A stretch of DNA of 63,345 bases, counting the filler, from Dugesia japonica (lineage: Eukaryota): NCBI GenBank assembly GCA_001938525.1. It is 6 parts of 6 records of this genome, joined end to end, with 100 filler letters (N's around TTAATTAATTAA, not from the genome) between each part and the next. Parts side by side here need not be neighbours in the genome. Positions count along the whole stretch, not along the records: positions 8,989 to 24,535 come from MQRL01639176.1; positions 24,636 to 36,133 come from MQRL01395730.1; 4 more parts are not named here. One strand, written 5' to 3'. The position numbers were made by a program, and so were the translations under genes. Below are positions 12,571-25,039 of the stretch, piece after piece. The notes under the pieces are model-generated. The model was not told the origin of the DNA. It saw only the letters and a list, made by a program, of their open reading frames with translations, and did not search any database. Every line of letters begins with the position of its first letter. Position 1 is the stretch's first letter.

Positions 12571-13720
12571 TATTAGGTTGATGAAATATAAATGCAGGTT
12601 TTTAAATCTCAACTTTAAATTAACACAAGTCTATAAACAAGTTTATTAATCGAAATAAAAACTACTAGAATCAACGCATGTTTGTTAACGTGAAACAAGT
12701 TTATTTATATCGGTAGTATAGAAATCCAGATTTCTAGTGGCGATGAAGTTGGCAAAGGCGCTTTTGGCATCGTCTTGGTTTTTGAAGAAAATTGTCCAGA
12801 TGCTTGAAAAGGTGATAGTCAGTGTGCGAGAGATCCGACAAATATGGCGGATGAGGCAGAGTCTCGTAGTTTAATTCATGCAACTTCTGAGGTTCAATTG
12901 TGTGACGTGCGGCCGAGCGTTTTCATGAAGAAGAATTGGTCCTTTTCTACTGACCAATGCTGGGCACATACGTTGTAGCTTCTGCTGCATTTCGTCAATT
13001 TGTTGACAATACTTTTCTACTGTAATCGTTTCTCCCTGATTCAGAAAACTGTGATGGATAAGACCCGCGGCGGACCACCAAACAATCACCATGACCTTTT
13101 CTTGGTGAAATACCAGCTTCGGAAAAAGTTGTGATTGCTGATAGCGGTTCAACCACTGCGCCGAACGTCGCCGGTTGCCATAGAGAATCCACTTTTCGTC
13201 GCACGTTATAATTCGTTCCAGAAAAGGTTCTTTATTGTTATGCAAAACGAGCAAAGTTGCAACTTCAAAACGACGATTTTTTTGCTGTTCGATTAATTCG
13301 TGTGGCACCCACTTATCGAGCTTTTTTTCTTTCTAATTGGCTTTAAATGACAAATGACGATTGATTGGTCAACGTTGAGTTCTTAAGCAACTTCTCGTGT
13401 GGTTTTGCGAGAATCAGCATCGATTAACTGCTTCAATTTCTCATTATCAATGACTGATGGACTTATGACATGAGGCTCATCATCGAGGCTGGTATTGCCA
13501 GAACGAAACTTCTGATACCAACGTTGCACCGTACATTCGTTGACACTTGACTTGCCTCACACGTCATTGATGTTTGGAGCGGTTTGAGCGACATTACGCC
13601 CGATCTTGAACTCATAGAAGAAAATATTGCGGAAATCACGTTTCAACATCTGTTATTAAAAGCCAAATTATAATAATTTGTACTGTGTGAAATAGCTGAA
13701 AATATCAGTCAAAAAATTAA
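12571..13720 (-). mobile_element. Mariner transposon (Hsmar1/cecropia-like), degenerate transposase ~13649-12646
   Basis: MLKRDFRNIFFYEFK.., WVPHEL, ITCDEKW, LHENARPH, HPPY.SDL..TDYHLF (DD34D region). One TIR TATTAGGTTGATGAAATATAAATGCAGGTT at 12571; the other TIR was not found. Confidence 0.93.
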
Positions 13721-14573
13721 AGCTCCCTACCTCATTTTATTTCAAATATAATTTTTTCTTCTGATTTTGTTGCTTTTACTATCAGTAATTATTTCATAAC
13801 TTTTTAATTATTATTTAATTTTCGGATTATTTTTTAAATTATGGTGTAATTGATACTCCCCCCTCATTTATTTAAAAAAGTTATTCTTCTGTTTTTGTTT
13901 GATTGAATTAAATATCAGGATTATTTAATTAAATTTTTTAACATTATTTTTCATTTTTTCGTTGAAATCAAATATTTAAAAGTTTCTGTGACATACTGAT
14001 GTTAATTTTGACTCTTTATAAACACGGAGGCTTATTAACTGTATGAGACTTGTTTAAGGTTTTTTGAATTTATTGGGTTTTTTTAAATGTCCTTGATTTA
14101 TTGAATATATTAGATGTAAGGCATATATTTTGTTTAATTGAGTATATTGAATTTAATGAGTGTGATTAGGTCTTTAAGTGTATGGGGTTGTATTATATTT
14201 ATTTATTGACTTTATTGGAATAATGAATGTATCGGGTTAAGTAAATGCCGTAGGATATATTGGGTTCATTAGTTTCATGTGTTTTAATGAGAGTTTTGAA
14301 ATCAGTGAACCTTTTTGATTTATTGAATGCATTAGGTTTAATAAATGTATTGGGTTTATTGATTTTAATAGGTTTATTGAATGTATTGTGTGAATTAAGT
14401 AGATTATATGCATATACTTGATTGCATGAATCAAATATATTAAGCAAAGAACTTATTTGTATTTAAAGAATAAATTATATTGAATAGATTGAGTGATGAA
14501 ATTTAATGTATATGTTTTATTAAATGTATTGAATTATTCAGTGAAGTAGATTTGGACATTTTCTTATATTGAC

Positions 14574-17500
14574 TATAAGAAAATAATNNNNNNNNNNNNN
14601 NNNNNNNNNNNNNNNNNNGAATTAATTAAATACAAATATTTTATTAGTTGTATTACCATAAAATAATTTAATTGAGATATATGTTTTAAGATTATTAGTT
14701 GTGATTTAGAAAATTAATTATCAATTGAAGACTTACCTAACATCGTGGCAGCCTTAAAGATCGATTTTATTACAGATAGGTTATTGCCGAATATCTTCTG
14801 CAGAGGAGACAATATTGAGAAATTCATCAAGCGGTGTGGATAATATTTTGAGGTTAAAAGTATTACACAAATTAAACAACAGGAGAGATAAATTTCTTGT
14901 TTGCTAAATGATGATTTGTTTGAAGAATATGCGAAGACGCTAAAAAAAACGTTGAAAGTTTTCAGGATCGTTTGCTTTTGGCATTAAAAAAAATGATGTT
15001 ATCCAAAAAATTCAAAATTTGATCAACTAAAGGCGTGGAAATGAAGATATTCAAGTTTATTTTTAAGAATGTAAAAAATTTAGTAAAAGGATTATTTTCA
15101 AAAAAAGATTCTACTGAAGAAAAAATGGTAGCAAAAATGCTATTATATGGCTCAGATAATAAAATTTGAAGAAGAAGTGACTTTACAGAAACAACAGAAT
15201 ATAGAAAAAATTGAAAAAACAATGAAATTAATAGATTGAGTTGAGAAAAACAGAGATCAAGTTGATGCAGTTAGAAGTTACGCGAGAGTTACAAGTCTAA
15301 ATTATCAGAAACCTGTAAATCGTACAGTGAGTAGATATTTGAATCAAAGACAGGAAAAAAGAAAGATTAAATATTGGTTATGTGATAAGATCGGTCATAC
15401 TAAAGTAAATTGCCCGACAAAAAAAGTGGTAGAGTGTTGAACTTCTCATAAAACATGACATATAAGTCGAGATTGTCCATATAAAAAACCAAAGAAAAAT
15501 GCTTTTGTTGTGAAAATATTGGCCATATTAAAATTTTATGTCAAGAAGTGAAGTGTAAACAATTGGGAAATGGTTGACATATAAACAGAAGAGTGCTACT
15601 CAAATTTACAAAGGGAAATAACAATTGAGAAAATCATGACTGCAAGAAGACCAAGAAACCGATATAATTGAGTAAATGCGATTGAGAATGAAGATGTAAA
15701 TATATACAACGAATATGAGTAATTAATTGAAAGTGATTCCTATGGTAGTACACAAAAAGAAGGGCTTCACCAGTAGAGGAGTTGGTTGGAGCCATTCATT
15801 CTTGAATAAAGTGAGTGAAGTCAAAAAGTGGGATGATATCGGAAAAGTTACAGAAAAAGCATACAGATTCTTAAAAAGGGAAAATTTGGGGGAAGATAGA
15901 AAAATAAAATGGCTTAGAACAATTAAAGCAGAACAGAAAACGAATATTTTGTACTATAAATTGCAAGGCAGATCAAGTGTTACGGTATCAATTCAAGGAA
16001 ATATAATGAAATGTCTTTTAGATACAGGGGCTTGAATTAACGTTATGAGTTTAAGTTGTTTTAATAAATTACGAGAATTATATTTAAAATTGAGTGATAA
16101 ATGATTTCGTTATGCAAATAATAGTACATTTGAAATTTTTGAAAAAGTTAGAACTGAAGTGATAATTGATGAAATTTGCAAAAAGATTACTTTCTTAGTT
16201 GCAGAAAAGGTGACACCAGATCTATTGAAGGAATAGACATGCAGAAGACTTTTAGATACCAGCTTGTACAAAATTTTGATAGAAATACTGATAGAAAAGT
16301 AAAAAATTACATTTGTAATATTGAAATAAAATTTGAGAGACAAATTAAAAAAGTAGAGTGATTAACAAGAACTTTAAATACTCTGAAGGTTAAAGTCTAT
16401 CAACAGTTATTAAAAATAGTTAAATTACTTTCAAAATCTGACGTCATTTAAATATAACAATATTTATTAATAATCAAAATTACACCAATTTCTAAATAAT
16501 ATTAAAGCAAAGTTTTAATCATTGTAACTCTCCCTTCTTTAAAATGCCTTCCATTTCTTTAGCCATTCTTTTCTTCTGTACTTTTATCCATGAAAAAATT
16601 TGATTTCTACTTGCCGATCAGATATGAACTTAATTATCTGATATGGTCCTTTATATTGGAAATCATTCTTTTTTCTTTTGTGTAGTTTTACACGAACTAA
16701 CACCGACTTCTCCACTTTAAGAATTCTCTGTTCACGCTTTTCACTTTCAATATTTGCCATTTTATTAGNTGCTCCATTTAAATTTTGACTAACTGTCTTT
16801 AGATTAACTGTTTTCTTTTCAGAAATGGTTTCCGCCTTTGTATGTAAATTTATTCACCTTTCAAAAATAATCTTAAATGGTGACAATTTAGTAGACTCTT
16901 GAACAGTAGTGTTTATACTGAACTCAATTCTTGGAATTAATGCATTCCAGTTTTTCTCGCTACAATTTCTTTTAAGTGAAGTTGTAATCATATTTCTTTT
17001 CGTAGAAATCATTCTTTCTACCAGCCCATTCCATTGGTGTTGGTACAGATGTTGCTAACTGCTAATGTTGCTAACTTCTCTGACATGTATTTACTCTAAA
17101 ACACTCTCCCCCTGTTAGTTAATATGCCGAAACAATATATCTGTTTGTTCAAAATTATTCCAAAAATTGTTTCTTCATCTATCTTTGATACTGCTGATAC
17201 ACTCACTAGTTTTCTAAACCAATCAATAACCACCACCATATATTTTGTCTTGATGCCACTGTTTCCATATGTGCAATATCTACCACAATTTGTTCCAAAA
17301 CATCTTGACACTTTCTAAGTAACAGCAGTTCTTTCGTTCTTTCTTGATAAATTTTCCTTTTTGCAAAAATCACACATTTATTTAAATTATTTTTAATAGT
17401 CTCCATCATTGCAGGGCAGTAATAATTATTCTCTAAATATGAAAATGTTTTCTTTATTCCTAAATGACATAGTTCTTCATGAATATGTCTGATCATTTCG

Positions 17501-20500
17501 TTGGTTATACTCGTTGGTACCATTATCAAATTTTTATTTTCTTTTTCTACAACTAATAATCNATCATCAATTTTTAATTCGCGATCAAATTTATCCAAAT
17601 AATTTCCCTGGATGATCTGTTTTCCTAGTCATACTTTGGTTTGCATTATTTCAATTCTTCTTTGAATTATTTGATCATCTTTTTGTGCCTTCCAATTTTT
17701 TTCTATGCTATTTTCATTCTGTTATATGATGTTAATATATTCAGTTGTCGATAATTGACACACATTCTTATCGAACCATCTTTTTTCCAAAAATTATTAA
17801 AGGTAAATTTCATGGGCTTTTACGTTTGCTAATTACCCCAATACTTATTAAATTCTGTATCATTTCGTCAATCTTCTTTTCCTAGTGCATCAGTTGTCTC
17901 CACAGATGTTGAACAATTGGATCTCCCACATAATTTTATTTTGTGTATTACTTGTTTTGCATATCCTATATCAAACTTAGACGCCATGAATATTTCACCA
18001 ATCTTCGAAATTAGATCATGTAGATCTTTATTATTTGTTTCTTTGAAAACATTTAATGCATAATACTTTCTATCATCGTTTAAATGATCTTTTCCCAAAC
18101 ATTCAGTTATTAACTTCTGTCCCTTTTATTCCGAAACCTTTCATTGCCAATATCCCACCAATAAATTGTGATCGTATCCTTTTAACTAACTTAATAACTT
18201 TAATAACTCTCACTTTATTATTTCATTTGACGCTCAGTTCTACACTTCCCAACAGCCTCTCTCCACTGCTCGAGAATACCCCATTTAATATGACATTACA
18301 ACATAACAAGAATGGTTTTCCTACCTTCAACCAGTACTCTTCGTTCGTAACTGTAATCGATGCTCCTGAATCCCATAACATTTCCAATCTTACTTCACTT
18401 TTCTTCACTCTCTTATATCTTCTTTTTCATACATCTCCTATCTGTTTTCATTATTTCTATTTAAGCTATCCGTTCTTAAACTAACTCTACTGACAAAATG
18501 TATACAATGAAGTTGTTCTGGTTTTTTTCTTTGACAATATAATGCATTTCAAAGCTTTAATGAACATTGATAACTTATATTTTCATGTTCTCCGCAACAA
18601 TAACATTGCCCTTCTAGTAAATCTTCTTTTTGTAGTTCTGTTAATCCTCTACATCTGTTAAAATGACATTTTGCAATCAAAACAGTCGGGTTTTTACTTA
18701 AACACTGTGTTTTGATCTATGTAATCACCGATTGTGACACCCTCACGTATTTCTCTGATACATTGACATTTTAAAATCTTACATTATTATTGGTTTTAAA
18801 ACTAATTGACAGCTGGTTTTGATTGATTAATTCCGTCTCTTTTTAACACATTTGAGTAACTCTTTCTCTGTATTGCATAAATATCTTCATTTCAAGAAAA
18901 GCGTTGAAAATGTTCTTTATCTTCATATATTTTTGCAAGAGATCTCATCTCGGCAACTTCAATATCTGATCTTGTTGTAAGCGTCTCTCGAAAATTTTGA
19001 TTCCTGACTTTCTATGTCAACCAATCATTTAAAATTTCGTCATGACTTAACTCTGAATTCAATTCACAGTTAACTAAATATCTTGAACCTTGTAAATCTA
19101 TCTTCTGATTCTTGTTTAACTGTTGCAAGCTCCATTACCATTTCCGAAATAAATTTCTTTATTTTAAAAGAATTTACAAACCACTCTTTTGTCCCTACTT
19201 TCGTAATTCCACCCCACTTAAAATTTTCCATAAAACTCTGCTTCCTTTGATAACAAGAGATCAACAGTTCCCATCAAGCTTAAGTCATTCAAAATGAGCC
19301 ATTCTTTGATTTCCTTCAGCCATACTGTAGCTTCTGAAGTATCTTTGCATCATATTTTCTTATATTTAAATGGATAAACTCCTTAGTCTTTTTAGGCAAA
19401 GATTCTAAAATTAAGAGTGGTTGCTTATGGATCACACTCAATGACGAGTTATAAAAAAGGATACTGCATCACACGAACAGTTATATCTGTTTATTATTTC
19501 TGCATACATTTGAAACACTACTTGTATGGTAGAAGATTTACTCTTAAAACAGATCATAAAGCTCTAACTTTCATGACGACGAAAAAGAAATCAATTACGT
19601 CACAAGTCCAAAAATGGATTAATTATTTGAGAAGTGTAGACATGATTTTGGAATATAGAAAAATAATTCAACATGGTAATGGAGATATGTTATCTAGACC
19701 AAAATGTGAGGTATGTGTACATTGTCAAATGTTTCATGAAGATACCAAGAAAGGGAAGATTAAAACGAGAATACTGCACATAATTGAAAAGGAAAAAGAA
19801 GAGCAATTAAAAATTTCTGAAGAAACAGATTTAATCAAGAAAATGAAAATTCCGGATGACAAAATAAATGAGACAATAGAAGAAATACATAAATTATTAT
19901 GTCATGCAAGAGTTGAAAAGATGTACGAATATATGAGAAACAAATATATTGCGAAGAATTTGTGGAGCCAAATTCAAAAGATAGTTCGTAGTTGTGAAAC
20001 TTGTCAGAATCCCAAAGTAGTGAGTACAGCAACTAAAGAGAAGACAAAGAGATTAGAAGCTACANATTTGTTTGAAATCATATTCACAGATATATGTGGG
20101 CCAATGCGGGCAAGAGGACAAAAAAAATCTTGGAATAATCAACCAGTACATTAAATATCTGGTTCTTATACCATTGCCTAGACAAGACGAGGAAACAATA
20201 CAAAAAGCTATTTTTGAAAGGTGGAAATTGAGATTTGGATGTCCAAGAGAAATAAGACTCGATTGTAGAAAAGCTTTTGAATCCAGAATTATGAGAGAGT
20301 TTGCACTGAAACTAGATATTAAACTTTGCTTTTTGAGTCCCTATCATCATAATGCAAACGGACAAATCAAAAGGCATTTCAGAAAAATTCAAGATTTAAT
20401 TAATGCCTCACTTCAGGAGAGGCAGACAACAGATTGGACAGATTTTCTACCTGAAGTAGAATTTACGATGAATGCAACAAAGCAGAAGACGACTAGAAAG

Positions 20501-20971
20501 AGCCCGACTGAGTTTGTAATTAAAAAGAAAATTAATAGAATAAAAGTGATAAAAGAGAGAAATAAGGAAAACCTTTCAGAAGTGACTACTAATAGATAAT
20601 TTAATGTAGGAGATTATGTCCTCATCAAGATAGAAAAATAAATAAAAGTCAAGACAGATTTGAGGGTCCTTATCTAATAATTGAGAAAATTCACCAAAGA
20701 CGGTATGCGGTACAAGGAGAAAATGAAAAACAATTGGAAAGAAAAGTGGAAAATCTAAGAAAGTTTCTTAAGAAAGGGGATGTAAGAAAATAATTATTAA
20801 TTTATAATTTCAATAAATAGAAAGCGATTAAATTGAATACTAATATTTTATTAGTTCGATTATCATATAATAATTTAATTGAGATATATATTTTAATAGT
20901 GAAATAAATTATGTCTAAGAATATTAGTTGTGATTTGGAAAATGAATTATCAATTGAAGATTTACCTTACA
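14574..20971 (+). mobile_element. Gypsy/Ty3 LTR retrotransposon with both LTRs and a 5-bp TSD; internally deleted, with a nested element
   Basis: LTRs at 14574-14742 and 20781-20971 (T[A/G]TAAGAAAA...TTACCT[A/T]ACA). TSD TTGAC at 14569-73 and 20972-76. PBS-like TGGCAGC and PPT AGAAAGGGGA. Decayed gag with CCHC knuckles, protease LLDTGA (~16020), RNase H (VAYGS..TDHKAL) and integrase (19417-20770). Confidence 0.92.
16410..19410 (-). mobile_element. Second Gypsy element nested in antisense orientation (gag, protease, integrase, PPT, partial LTR)
   Basis: Protease WDSGAS (ORF 18223-18408), integrase HHCC (HEELCHLG..C) at 17206-17598, GPY motif ~16650, and PPT complement tctcccttcttt ~16528. Boundaries are approximate. 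Confidence 0.85.
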
Positions 20972-21483
20972 TTGACAATAATTTTGTGTATTTAAATTCT
21001 TAAAATTCATGCGATTAGCGAAATGCTAAAATGGATTATAGAAAAGATGATTATGCTCCCTGCAATGCAACGAAGATAAAGAAATATTATTTATTATCAA
21101 TGACAAAAAGCTTCTTTTTATCGATAATAAAAGAAAAATGATCAATTAAAAAATTAACTATTACTCAACTATGAAAGAAGGTTTAAAGACGAGTTTCCGC
21201 AATAACTCACTGAACCTGGAAAAAAGGGTGTGCACGAGGTATTGGCCTTTAATAAATAAGAACAATGACAGTAAAGAGGATTGTTTTGAAAATCTATAGC
21301 TTCGGAACCCAGTAAACTTCACTACTTAAACAAATGATATTTTACATTATCTTTTCTTTATTCTTTATTAAATAAATTTTTAAATAAATAACAAAACAAA
21401 TACAAAAATATTTCTTTAAATAAAATTTTCAAAATAATAACAAATATATATAAAAGTAATAATAAATTTAATACAAAAATTAT

Positions 21484-21755
21484 TTCTCTATCTTGCATAA
21501 TCATATTCTGCGGATTCTCTTAAATCGTTTCGTGTTTGGTTAGGAAACGAAGAATTCACCAAATTGACTGTTTCATATATATTTCTAAAATATAAATTAT
21601 AATAATGAATTTTTTAAAAATAGTAAATGGGTTACAAAGATTTCACTGATGGAAACTCTTCCTTTTCTTTTCGTTTAATAAATAGAATGATAACAGATAT
21701 TATCAATAGGATATTCATTATAACTAATATCGTAGTAACTACCAAGTGTATTAAC
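21484..21755 (-). other. Possible terminal exons of a single-pass membrane protein
   Basis: After a ttttccag acceptor: LIHLVVTTILVIMNILLIISVIILFIKRKKRK (TM segment plus basic stop-transfer). A second exon-like block ends ..RESAEYDYAR*. An in-frame TGA follows the TM segment, so intactness is doubtful. Confidence 0.3.
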
Positions 21756-21899
21756 TGGAAAAGAAAAATTATAAAAAATGTTTAACTAAATAAATATTTT
21801 AACAGTTACATTAAGAGGTTCTCAAATATATTAAAAAAACTTTTTAACACAAATTTCTACATAAAACCTTCATTATAATTATTAGGTATTTTTGAATTT

Positions 21900-22455
21900 T
21901 TTAAAATGCAAAATTGCAGATTATAAAGATTTAAATATAAATTTAATATTCATTAATCATTTAAAATAAAAGCCTCAATCAAAATTGTTTTTTTTAGAAT
22001 TGTTATCAAAAACCAAAAAAAAAACAAAAATTTTTGATCGAAGCTTTTATTTTAAATGAATTCTGAAAAACGATCAATGGTTCTCGCAATAATTGCAATT
22101 GTAAAATTAGTATTCATTGTTGAAATTTGTAATTTAAATTTTTTGAACTACCGGATAACTCCAAATAGTATGACTCATACTATTAAATAAGATGACCAAA
22201 AAAAAGTTCTTCTTTGAATTTTCATTAAATTTTGTCATACTATTTATTAGTATGACTTTTGAAAATTATAGTCATACCATTAGGAGTTATCCATTAATTG
22301 AAAGAATTTTAGATATAAATACGTAATGTAAAATTTTTTACACAAATTTATAATTGAAATTTTATAATTACAATTATTGTGAGAATAATTGCTGAACTTA
22401 ACCATTGATCGGATTTGAGATTTCATTAAAATAAGATAAGGCTTCGATCAAAACA
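21900..22455. repeat. Further copies of the palindromic repeat family, in both orientations
   Basis: TTTTTGATCGAAGCTTTTATTTTAAATGAATTCTG..CGATCAATGG at 22031-22110; inverted copies at ~21957-21985 and 22365-22452. Confidence 0.75.
22153..22292. mobile_element. 140-bp MITE
   Basis: GGATAACTCCAAATAGTATGACT ... AGTCATACCATTAGGAGTTATCC, a 23-bp imperfect TIR. Confidence 0.65.
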
Positions 22456-22720
22456 AAATAAAATTTTGAAAATTATAAATATAATTATAAAATTATAATA
22501 AAATTTATAATAAAAAATAATAAATAATAATAATAAATAATAAATTATAATAAATTTTAAAATTATAATTGAAAGTTTCTGCAATGTAACTAAAAAATTT
22601 AATTGAAAATTTGGAAAATTATTTATAAAATTTGAATTGTTTGATTTTTAAATAATTTCTTATTTTATATAATTTAAATAATTTAATAAAATATTTTTAA
22701 TTATTTGATTAAATAAATTA

Positions 22721-23176
22721 TATATAAGTATATGGATAATACCCCAAATTCACTCAGGGTATAAAATACCCTAAATTTTTTATGTTAAATGTAAATGTCA
22801 AATGTTAAATGTGTGATTTTTAATGTAAAGTGAAAAGTATATGACCGTACCCTAAATTTTTTATGTCAAAAGTAAATGTAAAATGTTAAATGTCAAACGT
22901 AAATGTCAAATGTCAAACATAAATGTTAAATGTCAAACGTATATGTCAAATGTCAAAAGTATATGTCAAACGTAAATGTCAAATGTTAAATGTCAAACGT
23001 AAATGTAAAATGACAAATGTTAAAACTCCAAATTCACTTATGGTATAAAATATCCTAAATGTAAAATGTAACATTTAACATTATACATTTAACATTTAAC
23101 ATTTACGTTTGACATAAAAAATTTAGGGTATTTTATACCCTGAGTGAATTTGGGGTATTATCCATATACTTATATA
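22721..23176. mobile_element. Foldback/MITE with long near-perfect TIRs and an internal AAATGT(C/T) tandem array
   Basis: TATATAAGTATATGGATAATACCCCAAATTCACTCAGGGTATAAAATACCCTAAATTTTTTATG is matched exactly by its reverse complement ending at 23176. Confidence 0.88.
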
Positions 23177-24535
23177 ACATAAATTGCATAAGGCAATTTT
23201 GGAAAGAAACGTTAAGAAAGCAAAAAGAATTTTTTAGAAGAATAATTTGTGTTTTAATAAAATTTTGATTTGAAATTCTTATTTTAATTAAAATAAATGA
23301 AGCAAACCAATAAATCTAATAACAATTGTCATACATATCAATGATTTTTTAACGGTTTGTTCTTGACAGAATAATTTTCAACAGTTAGCAATTTATTGCT
23401 TCACGAAACATTAATTTTAACCGAATTTCTGCTTGTATTAATAGATATACACAAGATTTATCATTTAAAATTAAGATAAAAATACAAAAAATAATTTTCA
23501 ACTTAATATAAATTAANNNNNNNNNNNNNNNNNNNNNNNNNNNNNNNNNNNNNNNNNNNNNNNNNNNNNNNNNNNNNNNNNNNNNNNNNNNNNNNNNNNA
23601 ATTTTACTCATTAAAACAAATAAGGCTTGATAATTGTTTCCAAAGTTTTTATCGTCCAGTCACTACTTTGAAATTACTTTAACATGCTTTTAAACTAAAT
23701 AGATTAAAAAATGTTGGAAAAATATTATTTCATTTAAAAATCGCTAAAAACTTAATTTATATAAAATTCTAAATTTATTTTAATAAATCTAAAATATTAA
23801 TGTATCAAAATTTAAAACAATTATTCCTAATTTAAGTTATGAAATTAATTTTTAATTTAACAAATTATAAAATTTAAAATTTACATTAAAAAATATACCA
23901 AATGACTATGACAACAATATCAATGTATATTTCACGTAATTCAAAGCGGACAGTTGAATCCGGAACTGAGGTAAGATGGTTGTTAAGAAGCGAAATACTA
24001 ACCCGAATCTTTGCCATGGACAAGGAAGTAAAGTTATTTGAAATTTTAAGTACTCTTTTCTGATGATGAGTGAATAGCAAAGCTTTCATACCTAACATGT
24101 ATTTTTTCTTTGTTAACTAAACTAAACATATCCATGCAAGAAAAATTTATGGGTGTGATCAGACTACGAAGTAAAATGAACTCTTTTCAATAGAAATATT
24201 TCTGTGGCAAGCAAGATTGGCTGATAAATATCTGCAAATGTTTTCAAATTCGTATGAATATATGAAAAAGAAGGATTTAAATCGGCCGGTCGTAACCATT
24301 GTTCAATAACACTTATAATCTCTCAGAGTCATTAAGTCATTATTACAAAAAAACGAAGATTCCAGACAAGGAAACATGGGGATAATAGATCCATTTTTAG
24401 CAAACATTAAAGATAGAGAATTAAGCATGAAAAAAAAACTAAAGTCTCATTGACCTATCATGTTACGATTGTCCCAAAGCTAAGTTTCAGTTATCCATAT
24501 CAAGATCTTATTTGTGATTATCTATAAAAAGTAAA

Positions 24536-24635
24536 NNNNNNNNNNNNNNNNNNNNNNNNNNNNNNNNNNNNNNNNNNNNTTAATTAATTAANNNNNNNNN
24601 NNNNNNNNNNNNNNNNNNNNNNNNNNNNNNNNNNN
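24536..24635. other. Artificial contig spacer
   Basis: 44N + TTAATTAATTAA (24580-24591) + 44N. Confidence 0.97.
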
Positions 24636-24764
24636 TTATCTATAAGGGGTAACAAGTTTTTCGCTTTAAAATTTGAAATGGTTCTGTCATTGACGGAGTC
24701 TCGAGAACACCTGGAAAGCAGTGAAATCTCTTTAAATTGAAGTTAATTAAAATTCAAAACAATT

Positions 24765-25005
24765 TATGGTAACCTTAATGACCTTGACCTACTTTTTTTG
24801 GAAACGACCTTGACCTAGTTTCCGTTACTAAGGACGGTTGCCATGGTGACCAATAACCTCGATACCGTTGCTAAGGCAGTTGCCATGTTAACCATTGAGC
24901 TAGATACCGATGCTAAGGCGGTTTCCATGGTAATGACTTTGACCTACATTGGTTGCCATGGCAACGGTTACCATGGCAACGTGGGGCCCCTGTTTTGACC
25001 TACTT
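24765..25005. promoter_or_regulatory. Array of RFX X-box-like palindromes and GACCTTGACCT motifs; probably Polinton subterminal DNA
   Basis: Perfect GTTGCCATGGCAAC at 24952-24965, GTTACCATGGCAAC at 24967-24980, about three degenerate copies, and four GACCT(T)GACCT/TTGACCTA motifs, all in a GC-richer island. Confidence 0.55.
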
Positions 25006-25039
25006 TGTCCTCGTGTCCTCCTATCTGTCTACTACAATC

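Noticed and set aside
18056-18484. 142-aa plus-strand ORF (also 34434-34874, 28547-28864 and 12995-13204)
   Set aside because: These are antisense or alternate-frame shadows of transposon or other coding regions.
23886-24525. Coding exon(s) on the minus strand
   Set aside because: Coding-like composition, but stops in all frames and no recognisable motif.
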